Below are positions 1 through 9,686 of a stretch of DNA of 64,000 nucleotides, one piece after another. The notes under the pieces are model-generated. The model saw only the letters and a list, made by a program, of their open reading frames with translations, was not told where the DNA came from and made no database searches. Made by a program: the position numbers and the translations under genes. Origin of the DNA: a virus (taxonomy: Duplodnaviria; Caudoviricetes); the IMG/VR virus record IMGVR_UViG_3300032030_000005, positions 64,001 to 128,000 of that record. One strand, given 5' to 3'. Each line of letters opens with the position of its first letter. The first letter of the stretch is position 1.

Positions 1-303
1 TATTGGTGAAGGAACTCTAATAATGGAAGGATTACTAATATTAGATCCATTATTACCAAACATAAATCCACAAATAACCGGCACATAATTTTCTTTACCT
101 TCACTAGCTACCGGAATATATCCATTTTCTGTTGCTTTTGAAATAATTTTTCTATCTTTAAATATATTATATAACATAGCTAGTCTAGCTGATAATAAAA
201 TTAAATTATCTACAGTTTTTAATAAATTACCTTTATCATCAAAGATTTCTACTCTACCTCTAATAGTTTTATCTTTAAATTCATAGAAATTTAACATACT
301 CAT
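1..303 (-). CDS. Partial virion structural protein, probably baseplate (continues beyond the window start)
   Basis: Not in the ORF track. ATG at 303 follows an RBS-like GAAGG and the frame is open to base 1: MSMLNFYEFKDKTIRGRVEIFDDKGNLFKTVDNLILLSARL... The GxVEIFD..N.I...R pattern resembles baseplate/tail-attachment proteins. A late-type promoter lies at 334-345. Confidence 0.55.
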   Translation of the reverse strand, partial: MSMLNFYEFKDKTIRGRVEIFDDKGNLLKTVDNLILLSARLAMLYNIFKDRKIISKATENGYIPVASEGKENYVPVICGFMFGNNGSNISNPSIIRVPSPI

Positions 304-370
304 TCGAAAAAACCTTCTTTCATATAGAATTTATAATATTAAGTTACTATTTATATTTAAAAGTAAAATT

Positions 371-382
371 AACATATTTGTA
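371..382 (+). promoter_or_regulatory. Late-type phage promoter AAC[A/T]-N6-TA (representative copy)
   Basis: Also at 334(-), 3984(-), 4809(-), 5476, 8113(-), 11028(-), 11074, 12861(-), 14235, 24332 (TG variant), 29714(-), 32017, 44236, 51289(-), 56910(-) and 57873. Matches the AR9 late consensus. Confidence 0.75.
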
Positions 383-409
383 TAAAATATAAATAAAGGA
401 GCAACTATC

Positions 410-1012
410 ATGGGTATAGCTGAAAATACTGTAAAAAATAAAGTTGAAAAAATTAAAAAAGCTGAACTATCAATGGAAATTAAAGAACATATAGATCATT
501 TAACCATATATATTACTATAGATCAAGCTATAGAACCTCAAATGAGACCTAGAGTTGGAAAATTCTTTAATATCTATGATCCATTGGAAAAATATAAGAA
601 AATCTTAGGTGAAAAAATTAAAACTAGTTTAAATCATCTGCAAGTAAATATTGAAATGAATGAGGATAAATATATCGAAACTGAAATAGTTCTTACAAAT
701 ATACCACCTAAAAATTTTACTAAGAAACAGTTAATAGCAGCATTTTTAGGAAATCTTAAATTTAATAAAAAGCCTGACATTGATAACTGTGTAAAAACTA
801 TATATGATAGTACAGAAGGTATAATATTCTTTAACGATAGTCAAATAGTTAAAGAAACCTTTGAGAAAAAATATAGCACTAAAGAAGAGACATTTATTAT
901 ATTTAATATATATGATCAACCTAAAATTAAAGGAAGATTAAGTAAAAAAGAATTAGACGATATCAAAGATTATACTGATATCTTAAATTATCTAAATAAT
1001 TTGGAAGGATGA
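410..1012 (+). CDS. rusA: RusA-family Holliday junction resolvase
   Basis: Motifs PQMRPR...YDP and KKPDIDNCVKTIYD...NDSQIV (RusA DxDN-x2-K-x3-D...DxQ). AAGGAG RBS. Confidence 0.85.
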   Translation: MGIAENTVKNKVEKIKKAELSMEIKEHIDHLTIYITIDQAIEPQMRPRVGKFFNIYDPLEKYKKILGEKIKTSLNHLQVNIEMNEDKYIETEIVLTNIPPKNFTKKQLIAAFLGNLKFNKKPDIDNCVKTIYDSTEGIIFFNDSQIVKETFEKKYSTKEETFIIFNIYDQPKIKGRLSKKELDDIKDYTDILNYLNNLEG

Positions 1013-1019
1013 ACACAAT

Positions 1020-1496
1020 ATGAAAAACAATATTGACAAGCTTTTTAATGAAGAAGATACTAATGAATTAGAACAAATACAGAGATTAAGAAAGAATATT
1101 CTTAAAAATATAGGTATTAAAAATTTTATAGACCTTATTAGAACTCTTATAGATGAATCAGAAGACTATGAATTTACATCAGCTAGTAAACGTAAATTCA
1201 TTAATATTAATACACCAATATTTACTATTAGAAAAAAAGGATTTGTTTATAATGAAAAAGACTATAGATCAGAGAAAGCCAAGGATGATAAGATTAATAG
1301 TATTGTTAATGAAATAAATCATGAAGTCTTAGAAAAAACAACTGAGCATATTTTAGATATTATATGTAGTGATCCAGACCTTAAAGCACTTTATGGTGAT
1401 ATGAATGAATCATTAAAAAATATTATATGGACTACTGTATTTGAAATTAGAGTTTCCTTAACTGATAATATTATCTATATGCGATATTGTATTTAA
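1020..1496 (+). CDS. Hypothetical protein
   Basis: 158-aa ORF directly after rusA, with an RBS. Confidence 0.7.
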   Translation: MKNNIDKLFNEEDTNELEQIQRLRKNILKNIGIKNFIDLIRTLIDESEDYEFTSASKRKFININTPIFTIRKKGFVYNEKDYRSEKAKDDKINSIVNEINHEVLEKTTEHILDIICSDPDLKALYGDMNESLKNIIWTTVFEIRVSLTDNIIYMRYCI

Positions 1497-1505
1497 TTTT
1501 TTATT

Positions 1506-1522
1506 TATATATTATTATAGTG
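1506..1522 (+). promoter_or_regulatory. Early-type phage promoter TATATATTAT-N4-RTG (representative copy)
   Basis: The same motif occurs at 4398-4407(-), 4853, 8149, 12884, 15916 (lacks RTG), 29758, 51737-51746(-) and 56981, always intergenic and upstream of non-structural genes. Confidence 0.75.
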
Positions 1523-1570
1523 AATATTGTAACAGATATTTAAAATAATTTTATTTAGGAGGAAATAAAA

Positions 1571-2047
1571 ATGAACCCATTAACAATTTTTGCTATATCT
1601 GCAGCTGTTGGATTTGCAGGTGCTATGGCAGTACTATCACATCTTGATAAGAAAAAGAAGAATGTTATTGAAACAACATCTACTGAAACAAAGGATGATG
1701 AATCTGAAAAAGCTAAAGTAGACAAATCTATCAGTGTATTTATATCTACGCCATTTGCTGGTTTAGATGATAATACTATTGAACAGAATATTGAAGCAGC
1801 TAAACTGGAAGCTGCCGATAGGGTAAAAACTCTTGAAAATGATGAAAATCTAAAAATAGAATTCGTTCATAATTTCAAGAAAACAACAGAAGGTAAAAAG
1901 CCTTGCCAGCTCATCGCCGAAGCAATCTCAAAAATGGCAGATTGTGATTACGTCTATTTTACTAACGGATGGGAAAATTCCGAAGGATGTAAAATAGAAC
2001 AGGAAATTGCAAATAGATATGGAATGCAGCGTATCTATTCATACTAA
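1571..2047 (+). CDS. N-terminally membrane-anchored DUF4406 / nucleoside deoxyribosyltransferase-like protein
   Basis: Hydrophobic N-terminus followed by KKKK. Motifs VFISTPFAG and ADCDYVYFTNGWENSEGCKIEQEIA. AGGAGG RBS and early promoter. Confidence 0.7.
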   Translation: MNPLTIFAISAAVGFAGAMAVLSHLDKKKKNVIETTSTETKDDESEKAKVDKSISVFISTPFAGLDDNTIEQNIEAAKLEAADRVKTLENDENLKIEFVHNFKKTTEGKKPCQLIAEAISKMADCDYVYFTNGWENSEGCKIEQEIANRYGMQRIYSY

Positions 2048-2055
2048 ATAAGTAT

Positions 2056-2088
2056 ATCCCTAAGCTTATATAAGCTTAGGGATCTTTT
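2056..2088 (+). terminator. Intrinsic terminator, perfect 28-bp palindrome
   Basis: ATCCCTAAGCTTATATAAGCTTAGGGAT followed by CTTTT. Confidence 0.7.
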
Positions 2089-2130
2089 ATCTCATGAAGA
2101 GAATAAAAATTAAAAAGTGAGGTTAATAAA

Positions 2131-3090
2131 ATGAAAATCGATTATGAAAACCATAAGATAACAGTTTTAGTTGACGGAAAAGACTTTGATTACAAAGTTC
2201 ATAACTTTTTAAATGGCTCTTGCTATTTATATAATAAAATAGTAGAAGCAACCTTAATAATCGACATCAGAGATGATTATAAGGAAAACAATGATTGTCG
2301 CTTCTTTGGATTAAAAAAAGCATTTAGTAATTGTGAAAATTTAAAAACAGTTAATATATTAATTAGAAATGTTGACGGTCTTTTTAATTTTAATCCTGAA
2401 GCTAATATAATTGAAAAAGCTAAATGTTTTCAACATGCTTTCAATGTTGAAAAAATACTAGTTGTGTTAGAAAATACTTTTAAAGAAAGTATTAATTATC
2501 ATGAATTAACACGCAACTATATAACAACAAAAAATGATCGAAAAGTAATAGGTTTATTAAATTTCTTAAAATTATTAACAGAGAGCCTTATTGTACCATA
2601 CAATATGTATGATGGACGTTTATTAATAGATGATCTATCAATAGATGAGAATAATTTTTGGATGAATGATATATATGTAACAATAAAGAGGACCATACAG
2701 GGATCATTTAATCCAAAAGCATCTGATAATACTCGTGGTGCAAAGTTATTTAAGTACATTAGTAATTTAGAAACAGACGACGACCCAGTTAGTCTTAATA
2801 TTAGAAATGTAGAGACTAATGAAGAATTTGTTTTATTTGAATACATACCAACATTAAATAAAAGATCGTTTTTAAAATGCAAAGAGTCAATTTTGGAAAA
2901 TAATTATTTTCCAAAATTAAACGATAATTATAAGCATAATAATCAAGAATATGTTTATTATGATGTTATAAATTTTATTACTAATGAACTTAACCTTAGT
3001 AAAGAAAAAGCTATTTATAAGAAAAATACGTTAACGTTACAGTTAGATGCAACAACATATGCATTACTATTACTTAACATTAATTTATAA
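2131..3090 (+). CDS. Hypothetical protein carrying the shared C-terminal tag (LQLDATTYALLLLNINL)
   Basis: 319-aa ORF, GAGGT RBS, followed by a terminator. Confidence 0.75.
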   Translation: MKIDYENHKITVLVDGKDFDYKVHNFLNGSCYLYNKIVEATLIIDIRDDYKENNDCRFFGLKKAFSNCENLKTVNILIRNVDGLFNFNPEANIIEKAKCFQHAFNVEKILVVLENTFKESINYHELTRNYITTKNDRKVIGLLNFLKLLTESLIVPYNMYDGRLLIDDLSIDENNFWMNDIYVTIKRTIQGSFNPKASDNTRGAKLFKYISNLETDDDPVSLNIRNVETNEEFVLFEYIPTLNKRSFLKCKESILENNYFPKLNDNYKHNNQEYVYYDVINFITNELNLSKEKAIYKKNTLTLQLDATTYALLLLNINL

Positions 3091-3106
3091 TCCTCTTTTA
3101 AATACA

Positions 3107-3154
3107 TAAAAATATCCCTAAAGACTATAAATGTCTTTAGGGATATTTTTTTTT
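3107..3154. terminator. Bidirectional terminator
   Basis: 19-bp stem with A and T tails, between convergent genes. Confidence 0.85.
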
Positions 3155-3949
3155 TTAATTTAAACATTCACTATTTAAATTCGGAGGATGATTTGTCTGT
3201 CTTGACATGATGTTATAGTTCTTAGAACAATACTTCTTCTTAGAAATCTTAACACTTTCTTTAATTTTTGTATGATCCAGAGCTTGTTTGAATAAAGCTT
3301 TAAATTCTGACTCACCATAGTCTCTTACTGAGATACACATGCTTATAGGGTCTAACTCGTCACAACCCGGAAGAACTACTGATCTTGTGCTTTCACTAGA
3401 TTTTCCACAAATAGCACATAACCACATATGCCATTCTTTTATACTACATACACCCATAGTGTTACCAATCTTATTTAAGCACTTTTCACAATCAGTATCT
3501 ATTTCTGTTAAATTAAAACGGTTTAAATATTCATAACTAGTTCTAAAACCAGCAATAAATCCTAATTTCTTAATTTCACTACACCATTCATTAATCATAT
3601 AAGTAAGTGTAGATTTAGCCATATTTTCTCTTAAAGAAGTTTTTATATCATCAATTACATAATAACACGGACACTTAAAATTCTTATCTTTGATAACTTC
3701 TTTAAAAGCTTCAATTTCTTTTTTTGTTTCTTCAAGACTTTTTGCACGGCAGTTCCAATAACAACCTACTAGTAAATTAGCTTCAGTAGCCTTAGTATAA
3801 AATTCTTCAAACTTTTCATCTTTAATATCAGGGCCTTCACCAGCTCTAATAATTACAAATGAACATTTGCTTTCTGCTAATTTAGTAAAGTCAATATTGG
3901 CATTATCCTGAGATATATCGATGCCATAGAATAAGTCATTTAATAACAT
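3155..3949 (-). CDS. GH25 muramidase-like protein with a degenerate second catalytic motif
   Basis: Motifs GIDISQDN, FVIIRAGEG...KDEKFEEFY, VGCYW. The DxE position reads YYVIDD. Start is more likely ATG 3949 (GGGGGT RBS, late promoter 3984-3995) than 4006. Confidence 0.75.
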   Translation of the reverse strand: MLLNDLFYGIDISQDNANIDFTKLAESKCSFVIIRAGEGPDIKDEKFEEFYTKATEANLLVGCYWNCRAKSLEETKKEIEAFKEVIKDKNFKCPCYYVIDDIKTSLRENMAKSTLTYMINEWCSEIKKLGFIAGFRTSYEYLNRFNLTEIDTDCEKCLNKIGNTMGVCSIKEWHMWLCAICGKSSESTRSVVLPGCDELDPISMCISVRDYGESEFKALFKQALDHTKIKESVKISKKKYCSKNYNIMSRQTNHPPNLNSECLN

Positions 3950-4069
3950 AAAATCAACCCCCAGTTGACAAAATATTTTAGAATAACTTATTGTTGACGG
4001 CAACAAAAAAAGAAAAAAAGTGAGATTCTAAATGGAAGAATCTCACTTTTCATTACGCATTATTTACCA

Positions 4070-4351
4070 TCAAAAGATATAAGTAAATAATGCATAAAAA
4101 CCGAATGTCGCTAAAACGATTAGCGACATTACACTGACGGTAACGAACTCAATAGCAATTAAATTTGCCATTTTGTTAATTACCTTATACAGGTCATTGG
4201 TGAACTGTGATTTACCATGATATACTACCAATATATAAATGATGTACAGTATTAGTAGTATCAGTCCCGTTATGGTCATTGCCCCAAGACCATAACTCCA
4301 TATGTTATCGGGACTTAAGATTTTGAAAAATATTTCAAACTTATTGTTCAT
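4070..4351 (-). CDS. Small two-TM membrane protein (early)
   Basis: Two hydrophobic segments, AGGAGG RBS, early promoter 4391-4407 and its own terminator 4016-4050. Confidence 0.7.
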   Translation of the reverse strand: MNNKFEIFFKILSPDNIWSYGLGAMTITGLILLILYIIYILVVYHGKSQFTNDLYKVINKMANLIAIEFVTVSVMSLIVLATFGFYALFTYIF

Positions 4352-4456
4352 AAGAAGTCCTCCTTTTTTAATTTAATATGTTTCCTATGACATCATTATA
4401 ATATATATCTAAAATTTGAGTAAAAACGGTTAAAGGGATTTCTCCCTTTAACCTAA

Positions 4457-4783
4457 TTATTTATAGTTTTCATCTATATTGTTATTTATACTATTCATAT
4501 AATCTAATTTCTTTTCATTTATTCTAGTCTTTTCTTCTTCTTTAGTTTCAAAGAATGACTTACATAAATAACCAAGAATTGTTAATAATAAAGTTCTAAT
4601 AACTTCTATGCTTACGTCTGTAAGTGGATTTGGATCTGCATTTTTAATAAGAGCAATCGTTGCTAAAATGTAAGACCATGTTACCCATACAATAGAAATA
4701 TATAGAATGAATACTACTAATCTTTTAGTAAATGTTGCTTTCTTAGTATTAAGCTTTTTACTAGTGTTTATTGGTTTACACAT
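4457..4783 (-). CDS. Holin-like two-TM membrane protein
   Basis: Basic N-terminus, two TM segments, GYLCKSFFETKEE tail. Late promoter; lies near the GH25 gene. Confidence 0.55.
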   Translation of the reverse strand: MCKPINTSKKLNTKKATFTKRLVVFILYISIVWVTWSYILATIALIKNADPNPLTDVSIEVIRTLLLTILGYLCKSFFETKEEEKTRINEKKLDYMNSINNNIDENYK

Positions 4784-4943
4784 AACAACACTTCCCTTCT
4801 ATATAATATAATTAAATGTTGATATAAAACTGTAATAAATGTATGATCCGAATATATATTATAATTGTGTAAGAATGAAACATATAATGAAATCACCTAA
4901 ACAAGTGATGTAAATAAACTGTTGCCATAAAGGAGGTTATACT

Positions 4944-5408
4944 ATGGCAGATAAAGACAAAGAAATGATAAAGATCATTTTCTCAAAAAATGAAGAGCGT
5001 GGAATGATCCGTGCTTCTCTGTATAATAATGAGAAAAATGAAAAAGAAAACATTTCCATTTTTATTAAAAACGGAAATATCTTCGATAATGATGAAAATG
5101 AACCATTTGTTATTGAAGAAGTGGTACCTATACCATTTAAAAATAGGAATACAAATTCAGAATGTCGTCATTTTATAATTATTGGCGACAATGGAGTTAT
5201 AACTGCCAATGAAGCATATTGCAATGAAACATTGGAACAGATGGCTGCAAGAATGTTTGTTGAAAACCATCGTTCGGTAAAAGGATCGTCACATTTAATA
5301 ATGATCCAGATAAAAGATTCATACTATCATATACCGGAAATTCGCTTTGATAGCACGGATTATCATTCTGGCTATCCAGCGATTCTTTCAATGACTGTTA
5401 AAGACTAA
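4944..5408 (+). CDS. Hypothetical early protein
   Basis: AAGGAGG RBS, early promoter 4853-4869, terminator 5431-5467. Confidence 0.75.
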   Translation: MADKDKEMIKIIFSKNEERGMIRASLYNNEKNEKENISIFIKNGNIFDNDENEPFVIEEVVPIPFKNRNTNSECRHFIIIGDNGVITANEAYCNETLEQMAARMFVENHRSVKGSSHLIMIQIKDSYYHIPEIRFDSTDYHSGYPAILSMTVKD

Positions 5409-5509
5409 TAATCTTTAACAGTTACTCTAGAAAAACAGTTCCTTACCATCGGAGCTGTTTTTTTTTTCGATTAAAAACTATAAATTATTAACATAAAAGG
5501 AGTGATAAT

Positions 5510-6217
5510 ATGTTAAGTGCTACTAGAATTATACAACGTCTTGAAAAGAAACTCGGTTATAAATTTATGGATCTAGAAATATCACATGAAGAAATAATTG
5601 ATAATCTTAAAGATGAAACTCTTAGAACCTTCTCTAAGTATTTTCCATATCAGGAATTATGTGTAGTAGATCCGGAAAATAAAGTAGATGGTATAGATAA
5701 TAGATTCTATATTGGAAGTCAAAATGAATGTGTTGGTATTAATAGACTTATTGGTGGTAGTTTACTTGGTGCTAACTATGTAACTAATATGTTACATCCG
5801 GTTAGTATGAGTATGTTACTTGGTGATCCTATTAGTAGACAATGTAACATTGATTTATTATCATTTACATCAAACCCTATAACTTTTAAATATTTTGAGC
5901 CGGGTATGATTGAAATTTATCCTTATTATCATAATATAAAATCTTATATAATAGTAGCTAATGTAGTTCACCCTGATCATTTTGGTACTATACCGATTAA
6001 TCTTGAAGATGAATTTATGGATTATGCATTAGCTGATACAAAAGATGCACTCTACACAATGAGATCTAGATTTGCTAATATACAATTACCATATGGCAAC
6101 ATAGAAATGTTCTTAGATCAATTACAAGGTGCTGAAGATAAGAAAGAACAGATTAAAGAAAAATGGAGAACTAATTCTCATAAGAGTTCTCATAGAAAGA
6201 AAATATTCATAGCATAA
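5510..6217 (+). CDS. Virion neck/head-completion protein (T4 gp13-like)
   Basis: N-terminal I..RLEKKLG...LE......I.....TLRTFSKYFP and C-terminal YALAD.K......RSRF patterns. Late promoter. Confidence 0.5.
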   Translation: MLSATRIIQRLEKKLGYKFMDLEISHEEIIDNLKDETLRTFSKYFPYQELCVVDPENKVDGIDNRFYIGSQNECVGINRLIGGSLLGANYVTNMLHPVSMSMLLGDPISRQCNIDLLSFTSNPITFKYFEPGMIEIYPYYHNIKSYIIVANVVHPDHFGTIPINLEDEFMDYALADTKDALYTMRSRFANIQLPYGNIEMFLDQLQGAEDKKEQIKEKWRTNSHKSSHRKKIFIA

Positions 6218-6228
6218 GAGGTGTTATT

Positions 6229-7263
6229 ATGATAAGTAGAGAAGAATATTTAAAGAAAGTAAGACAATCAAGTTTCTATCAAAATGCTAGTCTTATAGAA
6301 CGTAAAAGAATATTAGAAGATGCTAATAAACAGTATGATAGAAGATTAGAACGTGAAAAAGAAGAAAAAACCTTAAAAGAAGAAGTTTATGACTCTATTA
6401 ATAATTTAGAAATCACTGATGTATTTCAAAATTTTGAAGATAAATATGGTAAGGATAATACTACTGAACTAACTACATTTAAAGACTTACATCAGAAAGA
6501 TGCTTTTCCACCTCATGGAAAAGATAGAGCTAATTTATTTAAAGCTGTTCATGAAAGAGATAAAAATATTGGTGTAGAACATCAAGTATTTAAAAATGCT
6601 AATAAACAAAAAAGGATGTGCGAAGAAATGACATATGAAGATTTATTTTTAGAAGGTTATTATGATGCTTTAAATGAAACTAAAAAGGAAAAAGAGGAAG
6701 AAGAAAATTTTTTTAAAAAGCATAAAAAGAAGATTATTGCTGGTGCTATTGGGGCCGGAGCTATTGCTGGTGCTGCTGGTGCTATTCATCATGATAATAA
6801 AAAGAGTTTAGCAGTAGCTAATAAAGCAATTACAAATGCTAAAAAAGAAGGAACTATTGGTGTAGGATATTATGACACAGCACGTCATAAATCACATTTA
6901 ATAAATGATGACTCATCTAGAAAAGAAAAAATTAAAGTTGGTAGATTTATGCGTGCTAAAGATTATATAGAAAGAAAAAAATATGAAAGAACACCAAAAG
7001 ATCAATTTAGACAATCATACATTGATGAAATGGAAAAACGAGCTCATAATAAAGAATTAAACGATAAAATTATGAATAGATTAGGCGTAAAACATGAAGA
7101 TTATGATGAACTTGATGAGATATTCATGGAAGGTTATTATGATGCCATTAATGAAATGACTGAAATTGATAACTATGGTGATGAATATGATTATGATGAA
7201 TACAATGAATATGATGAATTATCTGATATAGATGAAGATGATATCAAACATTCATATAATTAA
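6229..7263 (+). CDS. Putative internal head (cargo) protein with two EGYYDA(L/I)NE tags
   Basis: Acidic tags flank a basic core that contains a Gly/Ala-rich hydrophobic segment. Acidic C-terminal tail. Confidence 0.6.
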   Translation: MISREEYLKKVRQSSFYQNASLIERKRILEDANKQYDRRLEREKEEKTLKEEVYDSINNLEITDVFQNFEDKYGKDNTTELTTFKDLHQKDAFPPHGKDRANLFKAVHERDKNIGVEHQVFKNANKQKRMCEEMTYEDLFLEGYYDALNETKKEKEEEENFFKKHKKKIIAGAIGAGAIAGAAGAIHHDNKKSLAVANKAITNAKKEGTIGVGYYDTARHKSHLINDDSSRKEKIKVGRFMRAKDYIERKKYERTPKDQFRQSYIDEMEKRAHNKELNDKIMNRLGVKHEDYDELDEIFMEGYYDAINEMTEIDNYGDEYDYDEYNEYDELSDIDEDDIKHSYN

Positions 7264-7276
7264 TAAATATAAATTT

Positions 7277-7311
7277 TCCCTAAAGGCTATATAGCCTTTA
7301 GGGATATTTTT
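7277..7311. terminator. Bidirectional terminator
   Basis: TCCCTAAAGGCTATATAGCCTTTAGGGA between convergent genes. Confidence 0.8.
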
Positions 7312-8081
7312 TAATTTATACAATACTTTTTAATAACAAGATTCTGTACTTTATAAACCTTATTAGAATTAAATGCTAATTTAATCATATTATCCTTAAA
7401 ATTATCTCCATATGCAACATCTGTAAATAGATTATCTATAAATACTTTAGTACACCAGAAATTACATTCTTTCATAGGATCATTTTCAATCATTAATTCT
7501 AATATATCTTCTGCTAATAAATTATATGTCTTAATACTTTCTATATTATCTGTAAAGAAATAAATTTGATTTAAATAGTCATTTGGAATAACTCCTTTAA
7601 GATTAATGTAAGCCTGATTCTTAGTATCTACATCGGCTACAATAGGGAATTCCTTAATATTATTAATAAAATAATTATATAATAAACTTTCCATATTATC
7701 TTCAATATTATTTACTAAGAAATTATAAATCATATGAATATAATGAATTTTAGTATCAAATAATAAAGCTTCACTAAAAGTTATTTTAAAATCAAAATGT
7801 TGTTCTATTGATGTTAAAATATTAGTAGCCATTTCATCCATAATCTGTTCAAGTTCTGGGATAAAGTCTTCATTATCTTTATACTTCTCATGTAAAAAGT
7901 TATATTTCTGAATTATATTTTCAAAGCAATCCATACTATTCTTTGGTATTTCTGTTTCATCGAATAATTGAATTATTTGCTGTTCTATATTATCTAAAGA
8001 TAATTCTGAAGAAAGATTACTTAATATATCTCTCTGATCATAATTACTTAAACTAATATCTTCATTTCTTTCTAACATCAT
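7311..8081 (-). CDS. Hypothetical acidic late protein
   Basis: 256-aa ORF, AAGGTGG RBS, late promoter 8113-8124. Confidence 0.75.
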   Translation of the reverse strand: MMLERNEDISLSNYDQRDILSNLSSELSLDNIEQQIIQLFDETEIPKNSMDCFENIIQKYNFLHEKYKDNEDFIPELEQIMDEMATNILTSIEQHFDFKITFSEALLFDTKIHYIHMIYNFLVNNIEDNMESLLYNYFINNIKEFPIVADVDTKNQAYINLKGVIPNDYLNQIYFFTDNIESIKTYNLLAEDILELMIENDPMKECNFWCTKVFIDNLFTDVAYGDNFKDNMIKLAFNSNKVYKVQNLVIKKYCIN

Positions 8082-8214
8082 AATAGTGTTCCACCTTTCA
8101 AAGAATTAAATTTATTAAAATGTTGTTTTTAATATATTAAAAAATAAATATATATTATAGTTGTGTTAAATTTTAAATATTTAAAATTAACGAATAATTT
8201 TAAAGGGGTAAGAA

Positions 8215-8505
8215 ATGATGGAAAAAGAAACAGCATTAAAAGTTAAAAGAATCATGTGTGACATGGAGGAGTTACGCAAGTTTACGGATATGGTATATTA
8301 TATTAACGATAATTCACCATATGAAGTAACGATGACTCTTAAGACAAAACTTACTGAAGAAGCAAATTCTGAAGTAAAAGAGGAAACAATCAGTATGATT
8401 TATCCTCACTTTACAAACAATGAAACATATGAGATGCTAAAGAGTCTCAAAGATCATTGTAACGCTAGAATTAAGGAATTGGAGGAAATCTTAGAGAAAA
8501 TTTAG
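8215..8505 (+). CDS. Hypothetical early protein
   Basis: Early promoter 8149-8165 and an RBS. Confidence 0.7.
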   Translation: MMEKETALKVKRIMCDMEELRKFTDMVYYINDNSPYEVTMTLKTKLTEEANSEVKEETISMIYPHFTNNETYEMLKSLKDHCNARIKELEEILEKI

Positions 8506-8519
8506 AAAGGAAGGTAAAA

Positions 8520-8972
8520 ATGGTAATTATGATAATAGATCATAATAACATTAAAGATCTTCAAAATGGTTATGATTTTGAAGATCTTTTCATTGATGAT
8601 GAGGAAGATTATCAGTTACAGATAAATTTCTCTGAATTTGAAAAGAACGGTGTATCTAATAAACCATTAGCAATATTAGTTAAAAGATGCTATAACAGGC
8701 ATTTTACTATTAATGTAAAAATCGATGCAGAAACTACCTTGTATGTATTAAGAAAATACATGGACAAAACTGCATCAAGATTGATGTTCACTTTAAATTT
8801 AAATGACAAAAATTATAAATATACGATAGGAGATGAAACAGTGTATAATAAGTCTCATTTAAATTTAAATGAAGGATCTGAACTTATCTTAGATCCAAGG
8901 AAACATGTAATTAAAGTTCTTAATTTAAGTGAAGCTAACGAAGCTTTATTTAAATTAAATAGAACACTTTAA
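8520..8972 (+). CDS. Hypothetical protein carrying the shared C-terminal tag (LNLSEANEALFKLNRTL)
   Basis: GGAAGG RBS, terminator 8980-9011. Confidence 0.7.
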   Translation: MVIMIIDHNNIKDLQNGYDFEDLFIDDEEDYQLQINFSEFEKNGVSNKPLAILVKRCYNRHFTINVKIDAETTLYVLRKYMDKTASRLMFTLNLNDKNYKYTIGDETVYNKSHLNLNEGSELILDPRKHVIKVLNLSEANEALFKLNRTL

Positions 8973-9059
8973 TTAAATTAAAACTAAGAGATTATATAGT
9001 CTCTTAGTTTTTTTTTTGTAAATTTTTAATATAAAAATATAATTATATTAAAAAGGAGA

Positions 9060-9647
9060 GTGATTAAAATGGATGAAATCACATCAGTTGCATTACTACC
9101 TGATATAAAAGTTATTAAAGAAAAATTAAAAAATTTAGATAAAAAAGATATATATGATGTAGATAATTTATTATGGGATATTACAAAAGATCAATTATTA
9201 ACTTTTAAGAATATAGCTAAAGATGAAGAACAATATAATCAATTTATGAATGATAATATTGATTTAAAAGCTATGTTTACAGTTGATGCTTTGGCTGCAA
9301 TAACAAATGAAAAATTAGAAGAATATAGTCAATGTGAAGAATTTAAAGATACAGATTTAAGATTAAAGACAACTATATATATTGATAAAGATTTGAATAG
9401 ACATATAGATTTTACTACAGAAACTATAGAAGAAGTAGATTTAGATGATGACGATGGATATCCACCATTTAATGATATGATAGAAAAATGTATAACAAAT
9501 TTTTGTAGAGAAGCTTTATCTGAAGAATTAAGTGAAGAAGAACTTGAAGAATTTATAAATGATAGACTTGAAGATTATAAAGAAGAACCTTATTCACCAG
9601 AATGGTTAGAAGGTTTTATAGCCGGTTATTTTGAAAAAGAAGATTAA
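9060..9647 (+). CDS. Acidic hypothetical protein ending in EWLEGFIAGYFEKED
   Basis: AAGGAG RBS. The C-terminus loosely resembles the EGYYDA tag. Confidence 0.7.
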   Translation: MIKMDEITSVALLPDIKVIKEKLKNLDKKDIYDVDNLLWDITKDQLLTFKNIAKDEEQYNQFMNDNIDLKAMFTVDALAAITNEKLEEYSQCEEFKDTDLRLKTTIYIDKDLNRHIDFTTETIEEVDLDDDDGYPPFNDMIEKCITNFCREALSEELSEEELEEFINDRLEDYKEEPYSPEWLEGFIAGYFEKED

Positions 9648-9653
9648 AAAAGG

Positions 9654-9686
9654 TCCGTAAAGAGTTAAGACTCTTTACGGATTTTT
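9654..9686. terminator. Bidirectional terminator overlapping the end of 9665-11002
   Basis: TCCGTAAAGAGT-TAAG-ACTCTTTACGGA. Confidence 0.8.

Noticed and set aside
8380-8460. HFTNNETYEMLKSLK in the 8215 ORF as another copy of the C-terminal tag
   Set aside because: It is internal and lacks the invariant Ala, so it may be chance similarity.
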